From positions 808,173-872,172 of the forward strand of contig JAAOMT010000258.1 in NCBI GenBank assembly GCA_016748015.1: DNA of 64,000 nt, given 5' to 3'. Position 1 is the first letter of the stretch; each line of letters begins with the position of its first letter. The notes beneath the pieces are model-generated. The model did no database searches and was not told the origin of the DNA. It saw nothing but the letters and a program-made list of their open reading frames with translations. The position numbers and the translations under genes were made by a program. This document shows positions 25,498-37,939 of the stretch, in pieces. The stretch comes from Geosiphon pyriformis uo1 (Eukaryota; Fungi; Glomeromycota).

Positions 25498-27059
25498 ATG
25501 GCTGCCAAAATTGGGTCGCGCCCTATTGTTGTTTGGACAAAGGACAACCAACCAAAGCAATATATTCAGGAAGATCCCGATTGGGTAAGATTTCTAATTA
25601 TATATTTTTAGTAATGTTCAATTGTTTTGACCTTGGTAGAGCAAAACCAATAGAAACTTTGTAAACAAAAGTTATTATTGAATTAAGGATGAGGTTTGGT
25701 GGCTGGATAAAAAAACAAGAAAACGTGCAATCAAGAATGAGCGTGTGAGGGGTCCACTTACCCTCGTAGAAGACTTTCTCTATATAAGCAATGGTGTTTT
25801 TGCTGCGTCTCCTGAAAAGCTCAGGGACAATAATATTCGCAGGATTATAAATTTAGGTGAACTTGCATGTTTTTGGAATACTAAAGAGAAGTTGGAGGCG
25901 GTAGAAGTCAAAGATTATGCACCACCCAGATATTTAAGAGCTTGGATACCGGACGAAGGCAGTAAAAATATTTCTGATTTTTTTATGGTACATGTATTAA
26001 ACTCACAATTTTAAAATATTTATAAACGACCAAAAAATTAAAGACTAATTTGAATTTTTGTAGCCATGTATTCAGTATATACAGCGTGCCAGAGTGCAAA
26101 AAAAACGGTGCCTACTGCACTGTTACGCCGGTAAAAGTAGATCCGTTACCATCGGCTTAACATATCTCGTTTGGATTGGTAAATAATTTGATGATAGTTA
26201 TAAATTTTTTAGTGATTAATATATTTCAATTTTGTACAGGTTATTCATACGATGTGGATAAGCTAATTTACACTCTTATAAAAGCCAACTGGAGTATAAA
26301 TATTAATCAGGGGTTTGTGCAACAGCTTAAGGAATTCTCCAACAAGGTGCAATGTGAGCGAAAATTAATCAAAGAGCTAGAAGTGAGTATTTATTAGAGG
26401 AATTTAAAGGTTTTCCATATAAAGCTTTATTTGCAATTAGCTAAAAATTGTTCATTTAAACTATAGCCACCATCTTTGGATTCGTTTTCATCAACACAAA
26501 GTAATTCCAATAGTAAATGTTCTTTCAAAAATACCGATTCACTTGAAGGAGATCAAGACGATAACGATATCAATAAAAACGGTTGTTTTCAATCTCGGCC
26601 GATGTCAGTGGATGAGCCATTTTTCAAGAGAGCTTGTTTAGAAAGTCAATCAAAAGTCTCTATTGAAATGTTGGAGGATACTGCTGAAATTAATGACTCA
26701 AAAGGTAAGGAAAAATTTAGCAATATTTATTCAATTAAGACTGCTTTATATTATAAATTACCAATATTAATTATGAGAATTTTGAATTTCAATTGATACG
26801 AATTAATAAAAAAGCAACTTTGGATGAAGCAACCGCAACATCCGAGGTTTTTTCATATCAAAAACCATTAATGGTTCATGAAACGCGATCGAGTTTTAAG
26901 GAAACATCCACAGGAATGCGTCATTCACAAAGATTGACGAATAAAATGAGAATTTCGATTCAAAGACAAAATTTGAAAGCTTTAGAAAAAGAACAATTGA
27001 TCAAAAAAGAGGCTCGTAAAAAAAGAACTACACGAAATTTGTGTCCAAAATACACATAA
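25498..27059 (+). CDS. Dual-specificity protein phosphatase with low-complexity/basic C-terminal extension; ~6 exons
   Basis: DFLYISN…IRRIINL…IPDEGSKNISDFF|PCIQYIQRAR…CLLHCYAGKSRSVTIGLTYL|…ININQGFVQQL. The catalytic HCxxGxSRS signature lies in the exon at ~26063-26178, which the ORF track misses. The start codon and first intron are tentative. Confidence 0.88.
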
Positions 27060-27536
27060 GCTTTATGCATAAAATTGTCTAGCTGCTTCAACCTTTTCTT
27101 CTGATAAAAGAGTTCATGGAGAGTAATATCTCCACAGTTATGAAATAAAAGTAATTTTGATCTAATTGAAATATTTCCAATATCCATTGTCACATTCATA
27201 TCGATGCAATACTCTATTTTTCATAAGATCAACTTTTTTTAAAATTTCAGAATAAAAATATTTTACTAATAATTATTTTCAATCAAACTATTCTTATCGC
27301 AAGAGTTTCGAAAATAAGCAAATAAAAAATCATTGGAATCTAAATGCTAAGTAAAATTTTAATCTTTGAAATTATAATCATAAACTATGTTTAAAAAGAA
27401 ATATTTCTTCTTTAAATAGGATACTTGATACAAAAATGATTTGAATTATTAATTTTTAAAAGATAAAAAACATATTTGTAAATAAGTTCAAAATTATAAG
27501 TGGTTAAATTTTAATAATAATTTTTATAATTGAATT

Positions 27537-27537
27537 A

Positions 27538-27596
<59 letters not shown>

Positions 27597-27597
27597 C
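27537..27597. repeat. (ATT)n microsatellite
   Basis: About 20 tandem ATT units. Confidence 0.9.
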
Positions 27598-28768
27598 ATT
27601 AATTTTTAAATTTTCAAAGTTATTTTAGTTTAAAAGTTTTTTATCTATATTTAACATATTTAAAATGAAATAAAATGTAAAAATACAGTCTATTGCAAAA
27701 AAACTTTGCCTAAATGAATTTTTTATTAGTAGAAATTAAAGAATGATCTAGATTTTTATGTTATTTGAATATTTTTTTATTAAAACTAAAAAAAAATTTT
27801 AGCGAAATTTTTGAAACAGACTGTAATTATTTAATTTTTACTTGAAAACAAGTAATAAATGATTAATTTTTTAACAACCAAAAAATATCAAAGATTTATA
27901 CAGACATAATGACTATATTAATTTAAAAATAATTAGCATCTTTATTTCTAAAATTTTATATCGAAGAAGTAATTCAAATTCTTTCTTGATTATTTTAAAA
28001 TATAAAAAACTATTCTTCATATTTGATATATTAAATTTTTGGCGGTTCATACGAGCAATTCTGTAATAGTCTGAAAATTACAAAGATATCAATTTTTTAA
28101 AGTGGTATAATTACTGGATAATTATTATTTTATGAAACATAATCATTGCTCTAATATCTTGTGAGACCAAAAAAACAATTCGTCCATCTTGAAAAAAATA
28201 AATTTATTTAATATTTCTGAAAAGATTATAATTTTGCTAAATTTTTTAACTTTGCTATTCTGGTTCAATATGGAGTCTTATTTTAGTCCAATGTAATGTT
28301 CAGTTTAAACTAATCTATAATTTTTGATACTTCATTTTCTACTCTCAAAACTTGAAAATTTTCTTCATTTACGAGAAAAGACACAAGTTTAAAAGTCACT
28401 TTATTGGTAACGATTAATTGAAAATAGCCTTTTAAAATTCTAGGGCATTGAATATAAAAGAAAGCAATTGGAAATACATCAAAAAATGTATTTAGCTGGC
28501 CGCAGCAGGTATATCAAAGCTTGGCCCCAAATTACGATTTTATCTTTTATTTAAGTAGCTTTCTCAATAAAAAATATGAAGAATTTTTAATAGATAGTCT
28601 TAAGTAACCTTATTTATAAATATCAAAGAATACATATATTTCCATTTTTATTAAAGTAATTATTCATTGTATTAGACTAAACAATGGTCATTACAAAAGC
28701 AATTGTCTCACACTGTATTTTTATTTATATAAAGGATTCGGATCTTATTCGAAATAAGATAAATTATA

Positions 28769-28973
28769 ATGGAGGGGTATTATAGATATGAATATACAAG
28801 CAAAATTTGTGAATTCCAAAGTATTCCAGTATATAGCTTGATTAGGGATATTAATGGTGCTCATAATATTCTCCTTCGCGATCTTACTAAAAATGAGGCA
28901 ATTTCCGACGCGGGAGGCTACTCTTTTATAGGACGTGAATATTACTTAAATTGGAATTAAATAGTTTAATCGG
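28769..28973 (+). mobile_element. Probable Fanzor/TnpB (IS607-type, Fanzor2-like) 3' relic
   Basis: EYTSKIC (28790-28810) followed by RDINGAHNILLR.LT (from 28844), matching the order and sequence of the E-x-Y-T-S-K-x-C and D-R-D-x-N-G-A-R-N-I-L motifs of TnpB/Fanzor RuvC. The intervening zinc ribbon is mostly lost. Confidence 0.65.
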
Positions 28974-29579
28974 AAATATGAAGGTTTTAATTTGAAAGTG
29001 CAGCCATTTTTAAAATGATGACTAGGGTTTTCATTGATCCACTACTATTAAATAGGAAGCTCGTAGGGGTAAGATTGCAATTCAAAAATATACCAAGTAA
29101 ATCTATCTAGAAATTGCTTTTTTTATTAATGACGCCTGAAAAACCCATATTCAGGAATCAGTATCTTTAAGCAGGTATGTTATTCGTTCCCAGTGTCATA
29201 TCGAAGTTTTTGAACTGAAAGGTGAATAAGATTCCTGATCAACAGAAGCGTTCCAATTTATTGTGTTATTCTATGCTCAACCGACAAAAATCTTCAGATA
29301 TCAAAGAGAAAGCTCGAAAGTCCAAAATTTTCTAATTGTGCCTCAGTGGTGAGCGAGTTTATCAAATGAGATATTTATCGGAATATAACATAATTAAACG
29401 ACTTTAGGAATTCCATTTTGCTGCTAAGTAGATGTTAAAAAATGTTTAATAAAAGTTGCAGAAGTGGTATATTAAAGTGAACAAGAAAATGCTACAAGGA
29501 TAATTCTTACGGCTTAATTATAACCACCAGATTACTTCATTCAAGCTGTGAAAGGAGAAGCTTTTTAATATTGCAGAAC

Positions 29580-31177
29580 TCATAAATATTCAAAAACTGT
29601 GTTAAAGGAACTTACTGATTCTCGGATTATTTGAAATACTTCATATTCATCAACGGCAAACTTTTTCGTATCTGTTATACTATGAGTATAACATCGTCTT
29701 ATTGAGGAACAATTATTAGGTTCATCAAACTTTATCCTCATATCCAAGTCAGTCTTTCCAAAACATGGCCCAAAACCTGGATCATCATAAATTGCTTCAC
29801 AGCCTGGCAAGAGCATGCTGATTTTAGCATCATTCAAATCACCTGCATTACCAAAGGAAAAAACAAAACTTTCTCCGGTATATTGCCATCTACTGGATTT
29901 TAAACCTCGCCAGCCAATAGGATTATACCCGCCAATTATTTGCCCAGATTCTTTTATTCTACATATGACAACGTTCGGTCCCTGATCATCACAATATTTA
30001 TGAAAGGTAGCTGGGGTAAACCCATCACGTGTCCCTCTTACCAGAAGTTTGAATTGATAACAAACACGCTTTTGATCTTTTGTCAATGTCGGTGTGATTT
30101 GCTTTATGAAATCGATCCAATTTGGGAGAAAAGCTGCTTGAGCTGGATGCAGGATTGTTGAATCAATCAAAATGATTGGTCGTCTTGGTAACAGGATGAA
30201 TAAATGATCGAGGCTACAAGGGGAAGTGTAAGTTTGGGATGGTTGAATTCCATTTGATAACATGTCTCCGAATGAAAAAACTCGTTCATATATATCACTG
30301 GTGGAGAAGTCTCCAAAACGTATTAGCGGAATACATTGACGAAGCGTTTTACAAAGGTCTTGGAAATTGTCTGAAGTTAATCCCCTTACGGGTTGATTTA
30401 AATCTGAAATTTGTGCGAGACCCCATCGAAGTGTATTTTCCCAAATATCCTTTTCTTTCATTTGTAAATCCTCTTGCTCTAGAATCAAGAGAATAACATC
30501 TTCGTCATAACCTAAAAAGTCCTCGGATTCGAATACAATTTCTGGCCTCCAGCACAACTGAAGAAGACAATAATTTTGCAATTGTTTACAAGTTTCATTT
30601 CGAAATATTGTGTCCAACACAAGGCCGAAATTATTCTCAATCCAGGTTGCTTTCTCATTTATCAGATGATCCTGAATATAACCGAGTAACTCTTGAACAA
30701 TTAAAAGTTCGTCTGCTGCTACCAAAAGATTAAGAATATCGTAGCCATCTTGTTCTTCTAAGTTCACAGTGCCACTATAAAGGTATCTTTTCATCAAAAA
30801 AATTTATGATTAGTTTTGCTTTTATAAAAGATCAAAAAACATGACTGAATAAATTTTTAACGGAATTAAAAGTTGCAAAAGAAAACAGTTTCCCATTTCC
30901 CTTGAAACAAAATTAGTGAAATTTATTACCGATTAACTTACTCTAATATCATAGCAAAGACGTTTGGTGATACATTTGGTTTCTTCATCATTATTTGTTT
31001 TCCTTCTTTCTTGGCCCAAGTTGCCGACAAAGCACTTTGAAAGAAAGCAGAGCTCGCGCGCAAAATATCTGAATGAGCTTGAAATGCTTTTGTATCAGGC
31101 TCTTGTCCCACTTGAATTACAACATCAGTATCCTGTAAAAATTGACCAAAATTTTTATAGAAATTCTGAGCTGGCAT
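29580..31177 (-). CDS. BTB/POZ-BACK-TLDc domain protein; 2 exons (31177-30942, 30786-29580)
   Basis: DVVIQVG…FQAHSDILRASSAFF…KPNVSP..F..ILE|YLYSG…LLVAADEL (BTB); BACK region; FKLLVRGTRDGF…FHKYCD…IIGGYNP…GPCFG…DEYEVFQI (TLDc). Uninterrupted frame. Confidence 0.95.
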
Positions 31178-34100
31178 GTTATAAATCGGGGGGAACAATA
31201 TGAATTAAGCATCAAAATAGAATACGGTTCAGTATTTATAGAGATACATGTAATTAAAAAGTCATGGGCAATTATTTGCCCAGTACAGCATCTTTAGATC
31301 TTCAGGATACTGATTAGGAAATGGCAATAATGTGCCAAAATGAAGATTGAAACTCGTGTCTCTTTGAAGAATGCGTCATTTTCATTGGCTTCCAAAGTTA
31401 CCTTCCTACATTGTGTCACTGTCAGATGGGAGCAAGATTAGATAAAATAAAGTTGATCTTTCCCGCCAAAACCATTATGAACCAGATTGGAAACCAGAAG
31501 TTGGCAACAAAAGAGGCAATTGTATTAAAAGGGAATCAAATTAAAACTAAGTTTCGGCTAATGTGACAAAGAACTTCTTGATATAAATAGCTTATAACAG
31601 CTCAGGGATTATACAAATTTTATAATAAATATGACGAAAATGGATGATAATAAAAATCTATTTTTCAAGTCCATCAGATTGATTTATCTAGTTGGGATTA
31701 TATATTGTGACCCGAGTAATTAAAATATTCCACAGTTTCACAAGTTTTAAACCATTTTTTTATCTTGCATGTTTTATAGGCTATTTTACGAAGTTAATTC
31801 TCTGAATAGATAATAAAGCTGGCAATTTTATTTGAAGTAAAAAAGTTACTTTTTTTGAGCAAATGTTTAAGATTTAATCGAGTCTGATTGTTCAAAAAAT
31901 TCGGAAACCAGTTTTTTTTGTTGATATTTGTTAATTAGCGCTATTTTTGAAATATCAATAATAAATTCTTGTAATTTCAAAAAGTATTTGATTGAAATAA
32001 TCTAAGATCAAATATTCTTGGATTTTCATATTCGTCAAAAATATCTTCAAAATGACCATTCTCAAATGAAATTATTATTTGTAATTTTATAGATAAAAGT
32101 ACACATTCTCCAAGAACTTTAATTTCGAGGATTACCTTTCATTTTTTGATAAAAATATGGAGATAATACAACTTTTAAAAACTTTAAATATTCTAATTTT
32201 TTGAGCAAATTTTAAACTTTGAACAATTTTCAGATCAATGGAAATTGGTCAACTCTGACTTGAGCTATCTGTTTGAGCAAAAAATAGATGACTCAATTTT
32301 TTCAAGTGATTTCAAATTTTTGATAGATCAAATTTCCAAAAAAATACAAAAAAGAGTTATGCTAGATGAGATCCATTTTTTTCAAAGCCCTGTTTAAATT
32401 TTTTTGAGAAACTTGAATAAAAATTATATTTTCACTTTGCTTTTATGAAATTAAATCTAAAGATAACTTTACTATTCAAGGGTGTGTAACTGGATAAATG
32501 AATAAATCAGTTAGATGCTTTGAGAAATTTTAAGAATATAATTATGAAATGATTTGGTTTTTGAAACAATGAGGATTGGTTGATAAAATGATATAGTTTT
32601 TATTGTTTTCCAGAACACAGCTATGTAAAATACTGGTAATTATTTCATTTAATTCAAAAGAAACTCAATTTTATGTTGTAATAGAATTTTAGGCTGCACC
32701 GATTGAAAAACTAAATATTGATGAATGGCAGCATATAATTTTACCAAACTTGATGAATTATTCGACTTTACCCAAAAAAATATACCGAAAATTGAAAATT
32801 CTTTAAACAAAAAAATTCAGCTTCAATTTGCTTGTCGTTTATACAAAAATGAAAGAGCTTATTTCATACAATCATTTTTTGATGAAAATTATGAAGCAGT
32901 AAACAAATAAAGTTTTCAATTCTAATGTCATCTATATTAGAATGTTAAGTTTGAGTGCTGATTGAAATTTTTTATTTTGTATATTGAACAGCAATGAATT
33001 TCCATAATTAAACATATTAAATAAAAAATAGTTTTGTTCGATACATATTATAAAAGATTTAAAAGGCTTTTATTTTTTTAATAAAAAACACATTATGAAA
33101 ACTTTTGCTTTCTCAAAAATTTTTTAAGAAAATAAAATGATTATATATCTTCATTTTTTTTATCAAGAATGTAATTTAAGTTTTCTTTCTGAATTTGTAA
33201 GTTCTGAAATTCATGGATCTAGCAGGTATAAATGGATTAAAATTTTTTCGATAATTATAGAAAGAGTTTTTTACAAATTTATCCATGTCAAAAAAATAAA
33301 AGTTCCTAAAATAGAGTTATCTGAAATTTAAAGCTTAAATAAAACAGTCCAAAATATGGCTTTATGAATTTAGGTTTTCTTCAAAAAATTAAATAGATTT
33401 GAGAAAATTTTCTTCAAAAAAGAAATGAACGAAAATGGCCAAAAGCAGAGAATTTCTTATAATTTCAAAAAAAAGATTTGAAATTAGGCAATCGACGACA
33501 TTTCTTTTGGATAGCTTTCATTAGCCTGTATTTAAATCAATATTTTTTTGAATTCGATTGGTTCTAGCATGGATCTATTTTGAAAAATTTCCAATTAATT
33601 CAAAAGGCTTTTTTTATTAAAAAAGTCAGCTCAATCTCATTTTAAAGTATCTTGAAACCTGAAGAATATTTTGATATGCAGTTTTTGAATTATTAATGTT
33701 TAAATTTCACAAATTTCACAAATTTCACAAATTTATCAATATCTTTAAATATATAAATTATTAAATTTTTTTTAGATATTTTATATTTAATCGATTAAAA
33801 GCATCCATTCTTCTATACATTTATGAAAAATATTTCATATATAGCAGATATGCAATTTCTTGCTCCTTATACTATAGCTGTGTCTGAATCTTAATAAACA
33901 ATCAAATAATATTAAAATCTTAAACAAATCATATCTGAAAAAATAAGTTTGTAGGAAATAGGTTCAAAAATATTAACCAAAAAATTAAAATTTTAAAGCC
34001 TCAAATTTTAAATAAAGATGAAACAAGAAATACCATTAAATTAATTTTAGCAAAATTCGGTATTCTAAAATCAAAAATAGTCAAATAATTGAATCATCTA

Positions 34101-37100
34101 CAAAAAACATATTTTATCTCAAATTCACAAATTTTCGATGCTTATTGCTTGAAGTCATTTTAAATATAGATTATGAAGATATCATTTTCAATTAAAAAAA
34201 TAATTATTTCGCCTTTATAAGGCCGAAAAGAAGGAAGCTTTTGATTTATGACATAAATTATTTGACTAAATAAAAAGACGGAAAATCAAATGATAATTTC
34301 TATTTAAATATCTTTTCAAATTTGCCCAAGAAATTTCCAGTTTCAAAAAAAACTTAGGAAATTGCAGAATTTAGATATCATGACTTTCATATTTTCGGGC
34401 AAGTTAACTTAATCTATGCCACAAATAAATATTTCTTCGGTAAAATAATATCCAAAAATTTGTCGCCAAGATTATGCTGTAAAATATTTTTCTCGTCAGT
34501 AATTACCATGTAAATCCTATCATTCTTGTTTTGAAATGTATAAGCACAGCACAAATTCAAAAACTATTTTTAAAATTGTTGAAATTTGGTATGTTTATTC
34601 AAAAACACAACCCAAAAATATGTTAATTTAATTTTACTGAAATTTTCCTCAACGGGACTCGATAACAATCTTTATGGAATTTATTGAATTCCGTTCCTAG
34701 GGTTTGTTATATGTTTCTCAAAATTTTCAAACATTTTTTAACCAATTTCTTTTTCTTAATTCAATTCAAAAATATAAAACTAGCCCTAAAGAAAATATTT
34801 ATATATTGAGAATTCCGTATTTTTTAGTAAAAAAAATACATGTTCCCTTTAAAATTCTTAATCTCATCTGTTCTGACTGAAGACATGTATAAATTATTTT
34901 ACTAGAAAAACATTAATGAGATAAAGTCATCAAAATAAATTTTGATTTTCTTGAAAAAAGTAAACGTTTAAAGCCAATGCAACTTAAATTTATCAAAAAT
35001 ATAAGATAGTTTTATAAAGAAACAAATCCTTTTGCTAAAGCTTCTTTGAAAAATTGAAAACGATCAAAGGAAATGAATTTTTTTTTCCAAAAGTTTGCTA
35101 GAGATTTGAAATAATTTAGTTTTCTAGTTTTACAAAAAAAATGCTTTTACTTTAAAAAAATATAGTTTTATATATTTCAGTAGAAATTTACTGTATAAAT
35201 TAAATTCACTATAAAGAAGTGTATGTTGAAATTATGAAAAGTGAAAGATTTTAAAAGCTTCAAAATTCAATATAAATTTATATTATTTCTGTCTCACTCA
35301 ACATATTGTAATCAAAAAATTCTTCTTTATTTGATATGTTAATTTCTTAATATGTAAATTTGAAACATATCTTGAATTATTTCAGGAAAGACAATCTTTT
35401 TACGCAATTTCCTATTGAGCTTGTACATTTTTTAATTTTGCCTTTGGCAAGATTCATTGTTTGTTAATTTTATGAACGATGGCAAGGTAAATATTGTATA
35501 TTAACGATAGCAAAAAATATTGAAGTATTAATATACTTGGGTAGCATTTATAATATCAATATTGATAATTTCGGATTTCGGTTCAGCGCGAGGATATTTA
35601 TCACTGTGTTGTAATTCCCAATAATTAACTATAATTTATATTTAATAGACTTGCACATCTCTTTTATGTCTTCAACCTGTTCAGGAACATATTTTGGAAC
35701 ATCCAAAATTCTCCAATTCTGGTATTGGTTTTCTGCGAAATATTTCCCAATAACAATAAAAAAATGATTAGTACTGAACCATGTAGACCTTAAGAATGTA
35801 AAAAAAATTGGTGTAAACATGAAGCGGGAGCACTACCAACAAATAATATTCTGGTCAAGGATCTTCAATCACGCACACACAAGAGGAACTGATGCGTTTT
35901 TAGAGCGCTTCATGTTTTTTATAATTATACATAGCAAAAAAAAATTTTGGTTAGTAAGAGATCACGGGCATATTTGTGATCACCAGTGTTAGAATCATAG
36001 CTCTCATTGATAATAGATTATCAATAAAAAAATTTGAGGAAATCTAAATCATGTGTATTATATCACACAACTTTTTAATTCACCAACTCATGATATCAAA
36101 TATAAAAATCAACCAAAAACAATACAAATAATTAATTGAAATCAATTAAATGTATTTAATTTCATCATTAAAATTAATTTTATAACAATATAATTATCAA
36201 ACCATATTAATAAATTATTTTAATAATAAGTTTAACCTTCTTTTTTTTTAAATATAAAAAAACTTTCATTACTTTATTATAAATTGAGAAGAAATAAGTA
36301 TTATGTGCCTATTTCTTTTTCAGAATTTTTCATTTAATCATACTTCCAGGTCGTGTTTGTGAGTGAAAAGTTTAAAGCTTGAAATTTTACATTTTGTATA
36401 AAATATGCAAAATGCTTATTGACTTAATAAACAATTAAATAAAATGACATTTTGTTAAAAATTATTCAATTATTTTAAAAAGGCTCTATATCATTTTGAT
36501 CAGGAAAATAATTTGATGACTGGTCAAAAACAAATTCATCGTTTAAAAGTAGAAAATTATAAACTGCTTAGGCATAATGAATTTACTATACATCAGGTTT
36601 ATTAATGTGTCCTTCCCTTAGCTTGTTCTATGAGATTATTTTTTTAATCGTATCTTTGTTCATATCTTTTACAAAATATGGACCATAACTAAAAGATTCA
36701 TCTTTTCAGGACTCTTGATCATCCTCGAAAAGTAAATCTTATGTATACGACATTACACTCCTAGAAAGTTTTAAAAAAGTAAATATTATAAGTTCTTACC
36801 GGATGTTCGTTGAATGAATATGTGTTAAAACACTAGTAAACAAATGGGCCCACATTTTGCCCACATTCACAGTTTAATCATTCCTCAGATATATTATGTG
36901 CTTTAGAATCAATCCAAAATCCGGTTAAAGTGTCTATATTCTTCATATGCTGTTTTCTGGTTTCTCAATTTCATCCCTCATTTCAAGAAATTTTTTACTC
37001 TTCGTATTGGTATATTGAATAACAAATCATCTGCGATAAATCTTATCAATAAATTTCAAACGGGAAATTTAGTAAAAAGAATTTTAGATTATGCTCAAAA

Positions 37101-37939
37101 TATTTATTATACACAGTCATTTATTTTTATCTCGAGATTGACTTGAACAAAGCAGCAAAAACCTCATTTTCCATTTTTAGCTGGCCAAAAGTAACAAAAA
37201 TGGGCCTCTTTTTCGGTTAATATTTTTTCAAGAACTCGAGAGCAGCAAAGACTACATATGCTTTTTTATAAAAAGAGTACCATGAATTTAAAATATATTT
37301 GTGAAATGCTATAATTTTTGATGGATAATAAACTTACAGCCGCTTTGGCCGAATCCAGTAAAGTCAAATTTAGTAAAATCATGTTACATCGGCGAACTTC
37401 TCAAATACATTCGAAGTCAATTGAAAAATTTACTTTCAAAGTATTTTTTCTACTTAATGTAGTAATTTTTCTCGACCCAGGCACCAGTTACGTGTGGGAA
37501 TTAAACCATTGAAAATAAATCTTTTGCATGTCGTCCCAACGCTACTAAAGAATTGTGATTGAGGTGGGAGAAACTCGGTGATCTTAAGATTTGAGATTTT
37601 TACTCTTAATCATTTCTTCAGTCTCATGATAATTCAAAATTAAGAATATAATTTAATGATTCATATTCAAGGGTTTAATTTCATATTATTTTGCACATAA
37701 CACAAGCATTTGAAATTCATGTCTAATGCATTTTTCATATTCCCAACCTCATTAGAGAGTAGTTAATAAAATGAAAACAACTAGGTTGTGTTGCGAAAAT
37801 TTTTGTTGTCTTACCTACATGTTTTCTCTTGCTACATTTTGAAAGTTCATCATCAACAGTATCAAAGTTTCAGCTCTTGAAGAACTAAAGCTCAGTTTTC
37901 GAAAATTTTAATTATTTTGTGGCCTTGAATTTTATTCAA

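Noticed and set aside
28440-28768. Upstream continuation of the Fanzor ORF
   Set aside because: Only vague similarity and no readable RuvC-I motif, so it was excluded from the feature.
35400-35910. GC-richer block with a 63-aa - strand ORF
   Set aside because: Possibly an eroded gene, but there is no consistent exon chain or family motif.
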